From the NCBI GenBank assembly GCA_964106915.2, contig OZ066925.1: DNA of 64,000 nucleotides; one strand, written 5' to 3'. Made by a program: the position numbers and the translations under genes. The notes under the pieces are model-generated. The model saw only the letters and a program-made list of their open reading frames with translations, was not told where the DNA came from and did not search any database. Every line of letters starts with the position of its first letter. The first letter of the stretch is position 1. Below are positions 51,427 through 63,171 of the stretch, one piece after another. The stretch is from Podarcis gaigeae. Lineage: Eukaryota.

Positions 51427-51959
51427 AATGAGCTACAGTGGATTCATATACTCCCGTGTGTTGTTGGTCAGAAACTCTCCAAGATCCTAGACTAAGACAT
51501 TCCTAACTAGTTTGCCAGCTTGAGTTCCTTTTAACTAGAGATGAAAGTGGAACCTAATGTAGGTAAATAATATGTTATAACCAGGCACCATTTCTCCTTC
51601 ATAGGGGATAGCCAATTTTGGAACTACCAATCCCCAATTCCATAATATCTTCCTCACTTCATTTATAAACATTTCATCTTTCAATATAGGTGTGAAACCT
51701 CTTCTCTGCTTAAACTTTTAAGGGGTGAGGGACATGGATACAAGACTACTCCATGTCCCAAGGCTAAGCTGGCAATAGGTATCTCCAGTCCAGCATATTT
51801 TAACACTCATTAACATCAACTATGGGGAAGCTCAGATCCAATTATAGATCTGAATTCCGCAACTCCAACCTGTGTTGATTATTAATTTTTCCATCTCTCA
51901 ACTTTAATGCCACGCTCCAGTGCTATCCATTCCCCATTAACTCTCCCATATTCAGTGCC

Positions 51960-52112
51960 TTTTAACAGAAAGGTATCACACACTTGAACTGAAATCAATG
52001 TTTGTTGATAATCCCTTTTGTTGTTTTTAAGGGATGGCATCCAATTTCGTTGCACTTGTGCAATGTTGCACTTGTGTAATGACAATAAAGAATCTATCTA
52101 TCTATCTATCTA
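51960..52112 (+). mobile_element. Rex1/Babar-like LINE 3' end
   Basis: aatttcgttgcac...aatgacaataaag followed by (TATC)n; left boundary approximate. Confidence 0.55.
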
Positions 52113-52365
52113 ATGAAAACTGCAGCTCCTTTTTGCACCTACTTCAGCTGGTGGAAATTTATATTCCCATTTGTAAAGGCAGAGGTAACCAAGGTTTTTC
52201 TTGACAGCAACACCCTGCATTCAAACCATTGGTCATGCTAGCTGGGGTTGATGGGAGTTCTAGTCCAACAAGGCACTGTGTTGGCTACCTCAGCTGTAAG
52301 GTAACAAGTTCTCCCCATGATTATCCTCAGTGCCCTGTGCAGATGGCTAAATAATCAAGACAGTA

Positions 52366-52580
52366 CAGTGGTACTTCTGGTTACGTACTTAATTCATTCC
52401 AGAGGTCCGTTCTTAACCTGAAACTGTTCTTAACCTGAAGCACCACTTTAGTTAATGGGGCTTCCCGCTGCCGCCACACGATTTTTGTTCTCATCCTGAA
52501 GCAAAGTTCTTAACCTGAGGTACTATTTCTGGGTTAGTGGAGTCTGTAACCTGAAGCGTATGTAACCTGAAGTACCATTG
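52366..52580. mobile_element. Tigger/pogo-like MITE, inverted relative to 49912
   Basis: TA|cagtggtacttc...gaagtaccattg|TA. Confidence 0.85.
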
Positions 52581-53179
52581 TATGTGGCGTGTGAGGAAGA
52601 TCTTGCCATTTGCCACTCTTCCCCTGATCTCTACGTATTGATTGAGATTGTTTCACACAACCTTCATGCATATGCATAATGCCCACATAAGCTTTGAGGG
52701 GGAAAGCCTGTCAAAAACAGCCTACGAGCATGCAGGGTGGGCATGAGGCACATTTCTGCTCCCCTCCTCCATGCATATGCAGCGTTAAATGCAAGCAACC
52801 TTTTTAAATGTGCAGTGAATTAAACATGGTTGCATGCTTCTTTCCCAGATCAAGGCATCTGTTTTCAACTTGTACTGATGCTAATGGCTCTGGGACTGGA
52901 GGCCGAAGGGATCCCATGGCTGTGGGAATTGTGACCTAATGAGGTCCCAGAGCTTTATAAGACTGACGGGTATGATCTTCTACCAGACTCAGGGGAATGA
53001 GGCTCCAGGGGGAATGGACACCAACTCGATATTTTGCACTGGTCACTCAAAAGACTAGGTCTGCTAATAGGCACCTTGCGAGCTTCTTCTATTAATTATC
53101 AAGTACTATGATGATTTTCTCACTACGTCAGTGGCAAGATAAGTACTGGGACCAGAGATGCCTCTTGTACTGTACAATG

Positions 53180-53590
53180 CTTTCATAGACCAGTTGAAGG
53201 TCTTTGACCAGCTACGTTCCACAAGATGATTGTGTCCTTCCATGAAAACATATTTTCATCCTCAGACGCCTTCCCTATAAAGAGCAACGTGAAACACAGT
53301 GTGAAACTCTCTCTGGCATATTCTTCTCCCTGTTGCTTTCCTATGCCCTCAGCTTGACTAAAGATGGTATGTATATAGGTCTCTTCAACCTGGCACTTCT
53401 CCATGCCAGGACAAAAATGTGGCAGGTCCTTCTCTGACAGATGTTTGCAGATGACACAGCCTTGACAGCACACTTTGAGAAAGCACTACGGAGTCTCATC
53501 AGCCATTTTGCCCAAGCCTGCATAGAGCTTGGCCTGACCATCAGCCTGACAAAGACCAACATCCTGGGCCAGACTGTTGCCAATACTCCA
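53180..53590 (+). mobile_element. RTE-clade LINE reverse transcriptase fragment (degenerate)
   Basis: + strand from ~53441 reads MFADDTALTAHFEKALRSLISHFAQACIELGLTISLTKTNILGQ (RT catalytic FADD motif). Confidence 0.85.
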
Positions 53591-54180
53591 CTTTGGCCAG
53601 ATAGGATCTGAGATTCAATCTTCATACAACCAGGGTCCCCCACTTCTCATCTGGTCAAGCTGAACAACTGATAAGGGCTTTTGTTGCTCTGACAGGTCAT
53701 GCCTAAATCAGTGTTTCTTGCCACAATCACCCTATCAACTAGTAACTCTTTTTTTCTACTCAATACAGATCCAATAGTGGAATACATTTTTTTTGTCTGA
53801 CTTCTTATTCATTTTGGAAGGCAGGTAGAGAATAAACTGCAAAGGTTCTGAACCTCCCAAAACGGAAGCAGACAACCAGGTAGGGATGCAAGCAGGCATC
53901 ATTATCCATTCCTTGCTGTGTCTGTCACATGCTGTGCTGTTTCCGTTCTGCTGCAGCGCATCTTCTGCCAAAATCTACATGATTTGTCTCACTGTGGTGA
54001 GTTACGTAATCCATATAGTTTGTTACATAACTGACATTATGTCCCCCTATGCAACATAAAGGCAACAAAATGCAAATGATGTAAAACATATTATGTTTCA
54101 TTTGCAGAGTGAAAGCAACAACAACAGGGAATACTGATATATTCACTGGATTAATTTCTGTTCTGGGCACCAGACAAATA

Positions 54181-54431
54181 CAGTCATACCTTGAAAGTTA
54201 GACAGCCTAGTTCTCTAACGTTTTGGTTCCCAAATGGTTGAAACCCGGAAGTGTCCGTTCTGCTTTTTGAATGTTCTTTTGGAAGCCAAATGTCCAACAG
54301 GGCTTCCACAGCTTCCGATTAGATGCAGGAGCTTCCTGCAGCCAATCAGAAGCCACACTTTGGTTTCCAAATGTTTTGGAAGTCGAACGGACTTCGGGAA
54401 CAGATTTCATTTGACTTCCAAGGTACGACTG
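54181..54431. mobile_element. Tigger/pogo-like MITE (different family)
   Basis: TA|cagtcataccttg...caaggtacgactg|TA. Confidence 0.85.
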
Positions 54432-56539
54432 TAAGCAGACACCGGCAATTTCTACGTTGAAATTTCCCCGCATCTCTACAACCAGGAAGCTAAACTTATC
54501 ACAGTAAGGTTGCGGTGGGTGAGGGGAGGGAGGAAGTGATGCTGGAGGGAAAAGCCCACTCCAATTCTCAGCTTTGTCCAGACAATCTGTTCTTCCTTCC
54601 CAATTAAATACATTTTCCCTCACACGAAGCAGCTCTTAAATTTTTAAATAGTTTTATTGGGATTCTAAAAACAGAAGGAGGCAAGATTAATTGTGTTAAT
54701 AATTAGAAAGCTGAATGCTAACATTCCCCACCCCACCCCAGGACCTGCTTCCATGTTATTTTCTCTCATAGTTAATAGAGATTTCATTCTTGGTGAGAGA
54801 GAAAAACAGCTTGCATGTGCTTTGATCAAAATGTAGTTAGAAGTAATTGGAAAGTTAATTTCAAGTTCTGTCAGAATTGCATCTGCTGCTCTCGTTGGGC
54901 AAGAAGAGGAAACATACTTGTTTCATGAGTGAGAGGAGTGCATTCATCGCATCATGTTACAATGAACATGGATGGTTTGATACGGATCTGCCAAAGAAGC
55001 TCTGATCCATGTGCCCCCATCGATAGAGGTGCCTCTCCTTTTTTGTGGTGCCCCCCTTAACTTTGGAATGCCCTCCATGAGTAGGTATGTCTGGTGGCAA
55101 CACTGCAAGTTTTCAAGTGAATACATCCTTTTTTACTAGGCATGTTAGATAAACATGTTTGGTTTTTTTTGGTTAGGATTTTTTCAAAAAAATCTTTTGT
55201 GGGTTTTTGTTGTTGCATTTTGCTATCTATATTTGCTGATTTTAAATGGCATTTCTATGCTTCATTTATTTTATTCACAAGTTTGTATGCTGCCCTAGAA
55301 TTTTGACAAAGGATGGCTAAGAAATGTTTTAAATAGGTAATCTGCTCCTTCCCATTTTTGTGTCACCTTTGCCTGGTCATTGGTCATGCTGGCTGGGGGA
55401 TGATGGGAGCTAGAGCCCAGCAGCCTCTGTAAGGCACCTCATTGGCTACCTTTGCTATAGATGAGAGCAGCTGCTGACCCCAAGGTGGGGTGGAAGCATG
55501 GAAGTCCAAGAGGCGGTTTCATCATTACAAGATCTCACCAGAACCTGCCATCATCACTGCTGCTTCACTGCCATGCAACCCAGGTAAGGGAGGCTTTGGC
55601 AGGGATATGGCAGCAGGTGTGGTGGCACCTTCCCATTTTGCCTCTGGTAGTGAAACAGGTCATGCCAACCCTGGTATGCAGATGCCTTAAATGAGGTCGC
55701 TTCCCAGGATACCCTGCCTTCACTCATTTGTGAGCCATGCACAGTGGCTCTGATTGCTTCAGCGACTCTTCTCAGCAGAGACAAAAAATGGGTTTCAAAT
55801 GGTTCGAGGGGGAAAACAAACAGCTCAGCATGTTTCTGCTTTAGTAGTTTTATACAAGCCTTTTAAAATGCAGGGTTTGGGAGGGGGGGACAGGAGAAGT
55901 AATAATTACCATTCTTCTTTCTTTCCAGCCCAGGGAGTTAAATTATGCTTCACATTTATTCCTCCCCAGTGCATGAGACAGCAGAAAAATGCTTCCAGGG
56001 TGAATGAACAGGCAGTGCAGTCGCAGCTGGGCTTCTGAACGAAGGCAAGTGATGCCGATTAAACAGCAGGTGAGTGAGCTAAGGAGGCTTGGTCCCTAGG
56101 GCTCACTAAAGTTCTGGGTATGGATTCCATGGAACTAGCCAACAGAATGCCGGCGTGGTGGAGTAGAGAATATCGGACAAGAAACACAAAGAGCCAAATT
56201 ATTTATTTACTTACTCAAAGCATTTGTAGCCAGCTCTCACAAAAGGCTCCCCACCACTACCACGAAAGACTCCCAGAACAATTTGCGACACTTAGTGATA
56301 AGGCAGTCCCCAGGCTTACAATCTCAAAGGCACAATACAAAAGGAAGGAGGAGGAAGGAAGTACAGCTGCTAAATGATCAACTGGAATATAAAAAAATTT
56401 GAGGAAATGAAGCAAGCATTGCTGAGCTTTCAGATGAGCAAAGTCAGGGGCCCCAAAGTCTCATGTCTCTCCCTGTGGCTTGATGGAATAGCTGAAATAG
56501 ATAAGGGATGAATTCTGGAATCATGTGAAAATGATGTAT

Positions 56540-56925
56540 CGATGGTATTTAACACTGACTAAAATTGCAAAAAAAGTACAAAACTAGTTCAAATGTATGT
56601 TGGAAATGAAAAGGGAAGGAAGGTACTTTTTACCACGTGTGGTGGACATGTTCACTGATAAAGGCTTTCTGGGAGATGATATAGAATGAATTAAAGAAAA
56701 TGTTTAAAAATACATTTGTTAAAAAAAAAACCAGAAGCCTTTCTGTTAGGTATAATAGGTGAAGAGATATCAAGAGAAGACAAAAGACTTTTTATGTATG
56801 CAACGACAGCAGCGAGAATGCTACTAGCCCAGAGATAGAAGGAAGGAGAAGTAACAACAAAAGAAGAATTAAAGTTAAGTTAAAATGCATAAATTTGTGA
56901 AAAAACCAATTTTTTTTTAAAAAAA
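56540..56925 (+). mobile_element. L1 LINE ORF2 3' fragment
   Basis: SNVCWK*KGKEGTFYHVWWTC zinc-knuckle remnant; PEAFLLGI...FMYATTAARMLLAQ. Confidence 0.85.
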
Positions 56926-56934
56926 GAATTGTGG

Positions 56935-57130
56935 AATCATAGAATCATAGAGTTGGAAAGGACCACAAGGATCCTATAGTCCAACCCCCTGCAATGCAGG
57001 GATCTCAACTAAAGCATTCTCATAAGGCTTTGTTTCTAGACCCTTGATCTTCTTGGTTGCCCTCCTCTGCACATGATCCGGCTTGTGAATATACTACTTA
57101 AATTGTGGTGCCCAGAACTGGACATGGTGT
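56935..57130 (-). mobile_element. CR1 LINE 3' end with internal deletion
   Basis: atcatagaatcatagagttggaa tail; tgtggtgcccagaactggaca ORF2 remnant. Confidence 0.75.
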
Positions 57131-57714
57131 GCAAAATGGTGGCCAGGCTGCCAACATGACTACAATAGATAAAAAAATCATCCTTGGGAAAAGACAAATA
57201 AGCAGTGGGAGCTCATCACTCATCACTGAGAACCTGTTGGAGAATCTCCTTTGCCAGCAGAGAAATCCAGTGGAATGTTCTCTGCAATTTCTCTATCCAC
57301 AAATAAGGTAGAGAATTTTGAGGATATTTGCAGATAGCTCTCTATATATCATAGGGCGGTGTTGAAAATGAGAGGGGGCAGCCAAATCATGCTTTCCCTC
57401 CTGAGCTCCTTAGAGAAACAAATAACAACAACAGTGTGTATCCATTTGTCCTGCAATAAGCAAGGCAAACCCATCAGTCCTTTTATAAATTTCACCAGGA
57501 GGTGAAGCACATTGCATTTCAAAATACAAAATGCCTGAGCTAGTTTAGAATTAATGATGCATGGTAGCAAAGAGACCATGCTGTGAAACAATGATATCTC
57601 TTGATTAAATTTCACCTCTCCTCCCAGCTTGTTTAGACTTCTGTCATGGGTTTCACGAGGGGCTGCCCTTGAAGGTAGCCTAGAAAATGCAGTTAGCAGC
57701 ACAGAACAAAGCTG

Positions 57715-58255
57715 TTGGAGTTTAACTGGAACCAGTCACTGCAAACACATCTGTTGGGGTTGAAAGGGCACCTCTGCCTTCTGCTCTCCCATTTCCATGC
57801 TCAGTTGAAACAGTTGGCTCTTGCATATGAAGCCTTGCATCTCTTGGCATCCAAGTACCTGAAAGAAAATCTGTTCCTGCAGCAGCCTGCCTACCAAAGG
57901 AGGTTATGTGCAGATGTTCTCCTCCAGGCACTGCTGTTGTTAGAGGTAATGCAGTTGGCAACCAGGGAGAGGACATCTCCTTTTCAGATTCTGCCCCCTG
58001 CCCACTCTCTTGGCACTTGCACTTTTCAGCAGTCAGCAAAGTGCTGACTGCTTTGTGATTATCACAAAATCAAAAGGTTTGATCTCATTTTTTTAAATAC
58101 TGATTTTAAGCACTGCTTCATTTTTATTTGTAATGATTGGATTCCCCCTCAATTGCTCTGATTTATTGTTTTTAATCCGCCAACTCAAATGCGCTTGCAA
58201 AAAGAAGATGCACATTACCCCAACCCTTAAAAAAGTAAGTAAATAAATAAAAACC
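57715..58255 (+). mobile_element. Old L2 LINE 3' fragment
   Basis: LALAYEALHLLASKYLKENL...TRERTS resembles L2 ORF2 end; taaa tail. Confidence 0.65.
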
Positions 58256-61200
58256 AAAATTAGGCATGTTCTGTTAGGCAGGCATAGGGAATCCCTGGAC
58301 TTCCATCCATCCATATGTTGTTGGACTTCAGCTCCCATAATCCCTGACCATTGGTTATGCTGGCTGGGACTGACAGGAGCTGGAGTCCAGCAACATCTGC
58401 AGGGTCACAGGTCCCTGTCCCTGGAGAAACCAGATGAAGCTGATGTTTGATTCAGTAAACGGTAGCTTTACATATTTAAAAATGTAATGTGTTCTTCTAT
58501 CTAGAAGCCATCAATATTTTTCTTTGTTTGGTTAGGAGCCATCCCATGCCACCTGGTGCCTTTATTACTGCATTAACTGGTGAGCTGTTTTTGCCTCTAT
58601 GTAAAAAAATCTCTCCAGGCTTCTCCCCCCCCCCCCCCCAGAGGGAGGGAACCCAGGCTTATAGGTGTGATGAGAAAGTATGGGAGGAATCTGCCGGAGG
58701 GCAGATGGGTCTCCCTGGAATGAGACATTGACTTGGTAAGAATGAGTACATACAAAATGTCCTGGGTTCAGATGATTGCTTGCCAGTAGTCCTCCTACGC
58801 AGCATCCCGGGAAAGCTACCTAGCCTGTATTTCCCCTCTGCCTGCAAGACTGAGTATCAAGATTTATGGCAGAAAAATACAAATTGCCCAATTTCCCAAG
58901 TTCTTCCAAGTATGGGAAATGACCGAGGTTCTGAAGTTGTCAAAGTAAAGCGTTCTACCTGTGGGTTGCAGATTTTAAGAGGCTGATTCCGAAATCAGGG
59001 ATGGGGCATTATGGAGTGCATTTCATGTTTTGTTTTGAGGTTTGAAATAAACTTGTTTAAACTCAAAGAGCATATTGGCAGGGGGCGTTTCCTGTGATCT
59101 GCTCCTGTTCAAAGAGCAGATAGCCCCCCATTTTAAAAACAATTTAAGCAATTAAATTAAGGTTAGCAGATTTTTTTTTCCAATGAATCCGGCGACACTT
59201 TTCAACTTCCTACTAAATAGATAGATTTTGTCAGGGGACTGATTTGTAAATCCAGCGACTGTCCCCAGGAAACAGGGATGTCTGGTAACCTTAAATTAAA
59301 TACTAAATGCCATTTCATATTAACTATCAAAAATGAACAGGTATGCCAATTAGCCACCATGTCTATTCTCTGCCCCCATGCTTGGAGCCAGTAATGGTTC
59401 TGAATATCAGTTGCTGGAAACTGCAGGAGCAGAGAGTGCTCTTGTGCTGAAGTCCTGCTTGCTTGTTTCCCAAGGGCATCTAGGTTGCCAGTGTGAGTAC
59501 AGGATTATGCACTAGATAGAACATCAGCTTGATCCAGCATGGCTCTCAGAATCACAGCATCATAGAATTGTAGAGATGGAAAGGACCCTGAGGGTTGTCT
59601 ATGCTCTTTTGAAATATATAAATATTTGAATTCTGGAGGTTATTTTAATCACCAGGGAATATCTACACCCCAAAAACTTGAGGAGAAACTTTGGGATGGG
59701 GTGGAATGACTACATGCCCTACTTTAGAGAGAATAGCCCTGTATTTGAAGGTGTTTTCTATTTCAATGATGTCCAACTGGTTGACAGTGATCGACAGGTA
59801 GATCGCCTGTGTGTTCCTGGTTGATTGTGCATGTTCCTGTTCAATCTTGGGTAAATAATGTCCCTGCCTCCCACCCCTGGTGCTAGGTCCCTCTTTCGTG
59901 AGTATTGTTGTACGCAAAATGCAGAAGTAATATTATCTTTAGTGCTGTGTGCGACAGGCATTGCTGCAGTTTATGGTAAGTGTCTTTTTTTTAATACCCC
60001 CCAATTGCTCAACAACTCCATGCCCTCCCGCCATAAAAAACTCAACAACTTTGGGCAACCCCCTCTAACCCCCCCTCCAATGACAATGGGTAGATCGCTG
60101 CCAGTTATTTTATACTGGGAGTAGATTGCAGTCTCTTGGGAGTTGGACGTGCCTGGTCTATTTGAATGGCTTTCTGGTTCAAGTCTGGTTTCTAGATAAA
60201 GAATCATCAAAGAGGGCTCTTGACATTGGCCACCAGCAGTTAGCTGCAGACTGAGCAGAAACATGGAGCAGACACACAAGTCTATTATATTTCTATTTAA
60301 ATAGTCTTTATTCTTAAATTTCCTTCTGCACATATAAATTAGCATATACAAATGCTATGCAGATCATTGTCCTGCCCTCTCTCTCTCTCTCTCTTCGCTA
60401 ATGCATTTTTGGCAGTGCGTATGTGGCTACCCTACTTTGGGAGAAAATGTGTTTCGGTTCTGTAGATGCTTTGGGGACTGGAAACTAATTTGCTTGTGTT
60501 TACTTGCGGTGTCAGAGGACACTTGACTACCAGACTCCACTCTGCAGCTATAATTTATTGGCCTGTTGGCTGCGCTGCAATTAGACAACACATGGGATGA
60601 ACTTATAAGCTATAAACTGCCACAACAGGCAGTAGTGAGGTGCAGCACCTGTTTTGATTAAACCCAGTCTTTTAAAATAGATAAATTATTTGGCCATAAC
60701 ATTTTTAAGCCCCGTTTTTTGCAGCAATTAGGGCTAAATAAAGAAGCTCGGAGGAGAATGCAAAAATAATAAAAGGAAATAAAGTCACCCTTAAATCATT
60801 AGGCGGGGTGACACTGTTAACCGTCCTCTTCAATTAGTGTATGATTGAATGGGGACCTCACTAAAGCAAGCCAGTTTCAGACCATTTACAGAATCACAAA
60901 GATTCACTTCGGAACTCTAAGTTGAAGGAGGCAAAGGTGTATTTGCTTAAAAGCTCATTTGGAGCAAAAATGCTCAAGTATGTTCTTGGAGTCATCTCAG
61001 TTCTGACGAGCACTTTGGGGACCAATCAATTCTTTATGTGAGCTAAGGCAGAAACCCTGACCTATTTACCAGGGTTTGATATCCATTAGATTCAATAGGA
61101 CATATTTCAGAGGGGTGGAGACCATGGTGAGGATTGCTCTGTAGAATGAAGATGGAGACCTTTGGTGCTACAGATCAAGGACAGCTACCCAGTTTGGAGA

Positions 61201-62321
61201 TACTCTCATATCTCTTTGAATTTATAGGATTTTGACTGCAGAGTGCTGTGGCAAGAGTGTTTGACCTGGCCATGGAAAACCTGGGTTCATGAGATGTTCA
61301 TTAGATGGCCTTGAGCAAATCATTTCTCCGTCTAACCTCATGGAAATGGAATGACCTCATGTGTCCCACTTGGATCAGTGAAGTTGTGGTTTATACTTTT
61401 ATGAGGGGTGTTAAAAAGCACTATGATTTGTACATTATAGTAAATCTGGAACAGATGCCACCTAGTAAGGCTAGTAACTTGGGTTTCTGACTAAGGGGGT
61501 CTTCAATGAAGGGAAATGAAGGGTTTTTTCTGTTTGGGGCTGACAGAACTGACAACACGTAGGTCCGCAGCTGGCTTAGCATTAGCATCCCCTGAAGCTG
61601 ATGACAAAAGTGACACAGCATCAGGTGTCAACAGAGGCATTTCTGCTTTGCTGAAGCCAGAGGGAATTGGGTGGGAGATGGTTTCCTGGAGTGAGGTGAA
61701 AGGGAAGCAGAAATGCAAAAGGAATAATAAATGGTAGGTAGTAGATGCTTTGGCACACACAAAAATGCTATATTTAATACATGCATATGTTGTCGTAGCA
61801 ACAAATTATAACAAAAAGAATGAGAGGATGTCAACTCACATTAACAATGAGAATAATCCACTAATCCTAAATTAAACATGTACACAGTCCAGGAGGTTGC
61901 ATCCAGCTAACGTTTAAATAGAGTAGATCCACTAAATTTAAGAGACCAAGTTAGTCATGATCATTTATTTCAATGGGTCTACTCTGAGTAAAGGTTTTTT
62001 TGACTAAATCCCCTAGTGAGTTTGATTACTGTGAGATATGCATTCAAATGTAGAAAGGAGCAGTAAGCTCTTCAGAGCATTGAGTGATGGATGGTGGTTG
62101 CTTTATCCTTCCAACCTTGAAATAGAAGACTCCTTTCAAGCATTAGGGCTTGCAGGATCCCTCTTGTCCATCTGTTATACCCACATGAAAGGAATAAAAC
62201 TGGAAATTCATGAACGTTCACAAAAATCAAGGAGATTTGCAAAACAAAGTTAACACAAACAACAGATTCTGACCAAAAAGAAGATAAAACAGATAATAGG
62301 TGCATGCCTAAAGATAAAGTA

Positions 62322-62322
<1 letters not shown>

Positions 62323-62391
<69 letters not shown>
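62323..62391. repeat. Compound (TG)12(AG)22 microsatellite
   Basis: Direct reading. Confidence 0.95.
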
Positions 62392-62393
<2 letters not shown>

Positions 62394-62674
62394 CACCCTA
62401 CTTTTTTGTGAATGAAACTTGTTTTAAACTGTTTTTAATGTTGTATTTTAAATGTAACCCACCCTGGAACCTGAGCATGAAGGGAGTGTTGTTGTTATTG
62501 TAGCTGCTGCTACATATAAATTAGCATATGCAAATCTCTGCACACTTTTAGCTCTCCCTTTTCTCACATTGATATGTAAATGACCACCCTGATCTACACA
62601 CATCCAATTTGAGTTTCAGCCCCAAGTAGTGCAAGCAGACAGGATCAGATTTTTTACCCCCCACCCCAACTGAG

Positions 62675-62839
62675 AGGTTTTCTTGTCTTGTGGCGCCTGC
62701 CCTGTGGAACACCCTCCCATCAGATGTCAAGGCAATAAGCAACTATCTTACTTTTACATTTTTACTGTTTGATGCTGTATTGTGTTTTTATGTTGGAAGC
62801 TGCCCAGAGTGGCTGGGGAAATCCAGGCAGATGGGCGGG

Positions 62840-62879
<40 letters not shown>
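62675..62879 (+). mobile_element. L2 LINE 3' fragment with (ATT)n tail
   Basis: VAPALWNTLPSDVK; gcccagagtggctgggg...gatgggcgggg then (ATT)n. Confidence 0.85.
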
Positions 62880-62880
<1 letters not shown>

Positions 62881-62987
62881 CATGCTGACCTGAGCATAAT
62901 AGAATCACTGGTTCTTTGGCAGACAGCTTTTCGACACATTTAACCAATCTGAAAATATGCCTTGAAATTATATATATATATATATAT

Positions 62988-63171
62988 ATGCAGGTTTTGG
63001 TGTCCTCGGGTGTCTTCCCGTGTAAAAGTTGGGGTGTCTAGGCGACGTTTCGACGAGGTCTCACTCGTCATCTTCTGAAGAAACGTCGCCTAGACACCCC
63101 AACTTTTACACGGGAAGACACCCGAGGACACCAAAACCTGCATTCCTGTACCCGTGAAAATCTACGAAAGC
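62988..63171 (+). mobile_element. Penelope-like element terminus: inverted partial pseudo-LTR plus pseudo-LTR with 3' extension, inserted in (TA)n
   Basis: Perfect 64-bp inverted arms 62988-63051 and 63080-63143; hammerhead core motifs at the centre; unpaired extension tcctgtacccgtgaaaatctacgaaagc; (TA)n on both sides. Confidence 0.8.

Noticed and set aside
59600-59830. Protein-like stretch KLEEKLWDG/WNDYMPYFRENSPVF as a host exon
   Set aside because: Frameshifted and lacking a good acceptor; more likely a decayed L1 ORF2 C-terminus, unconfirmed
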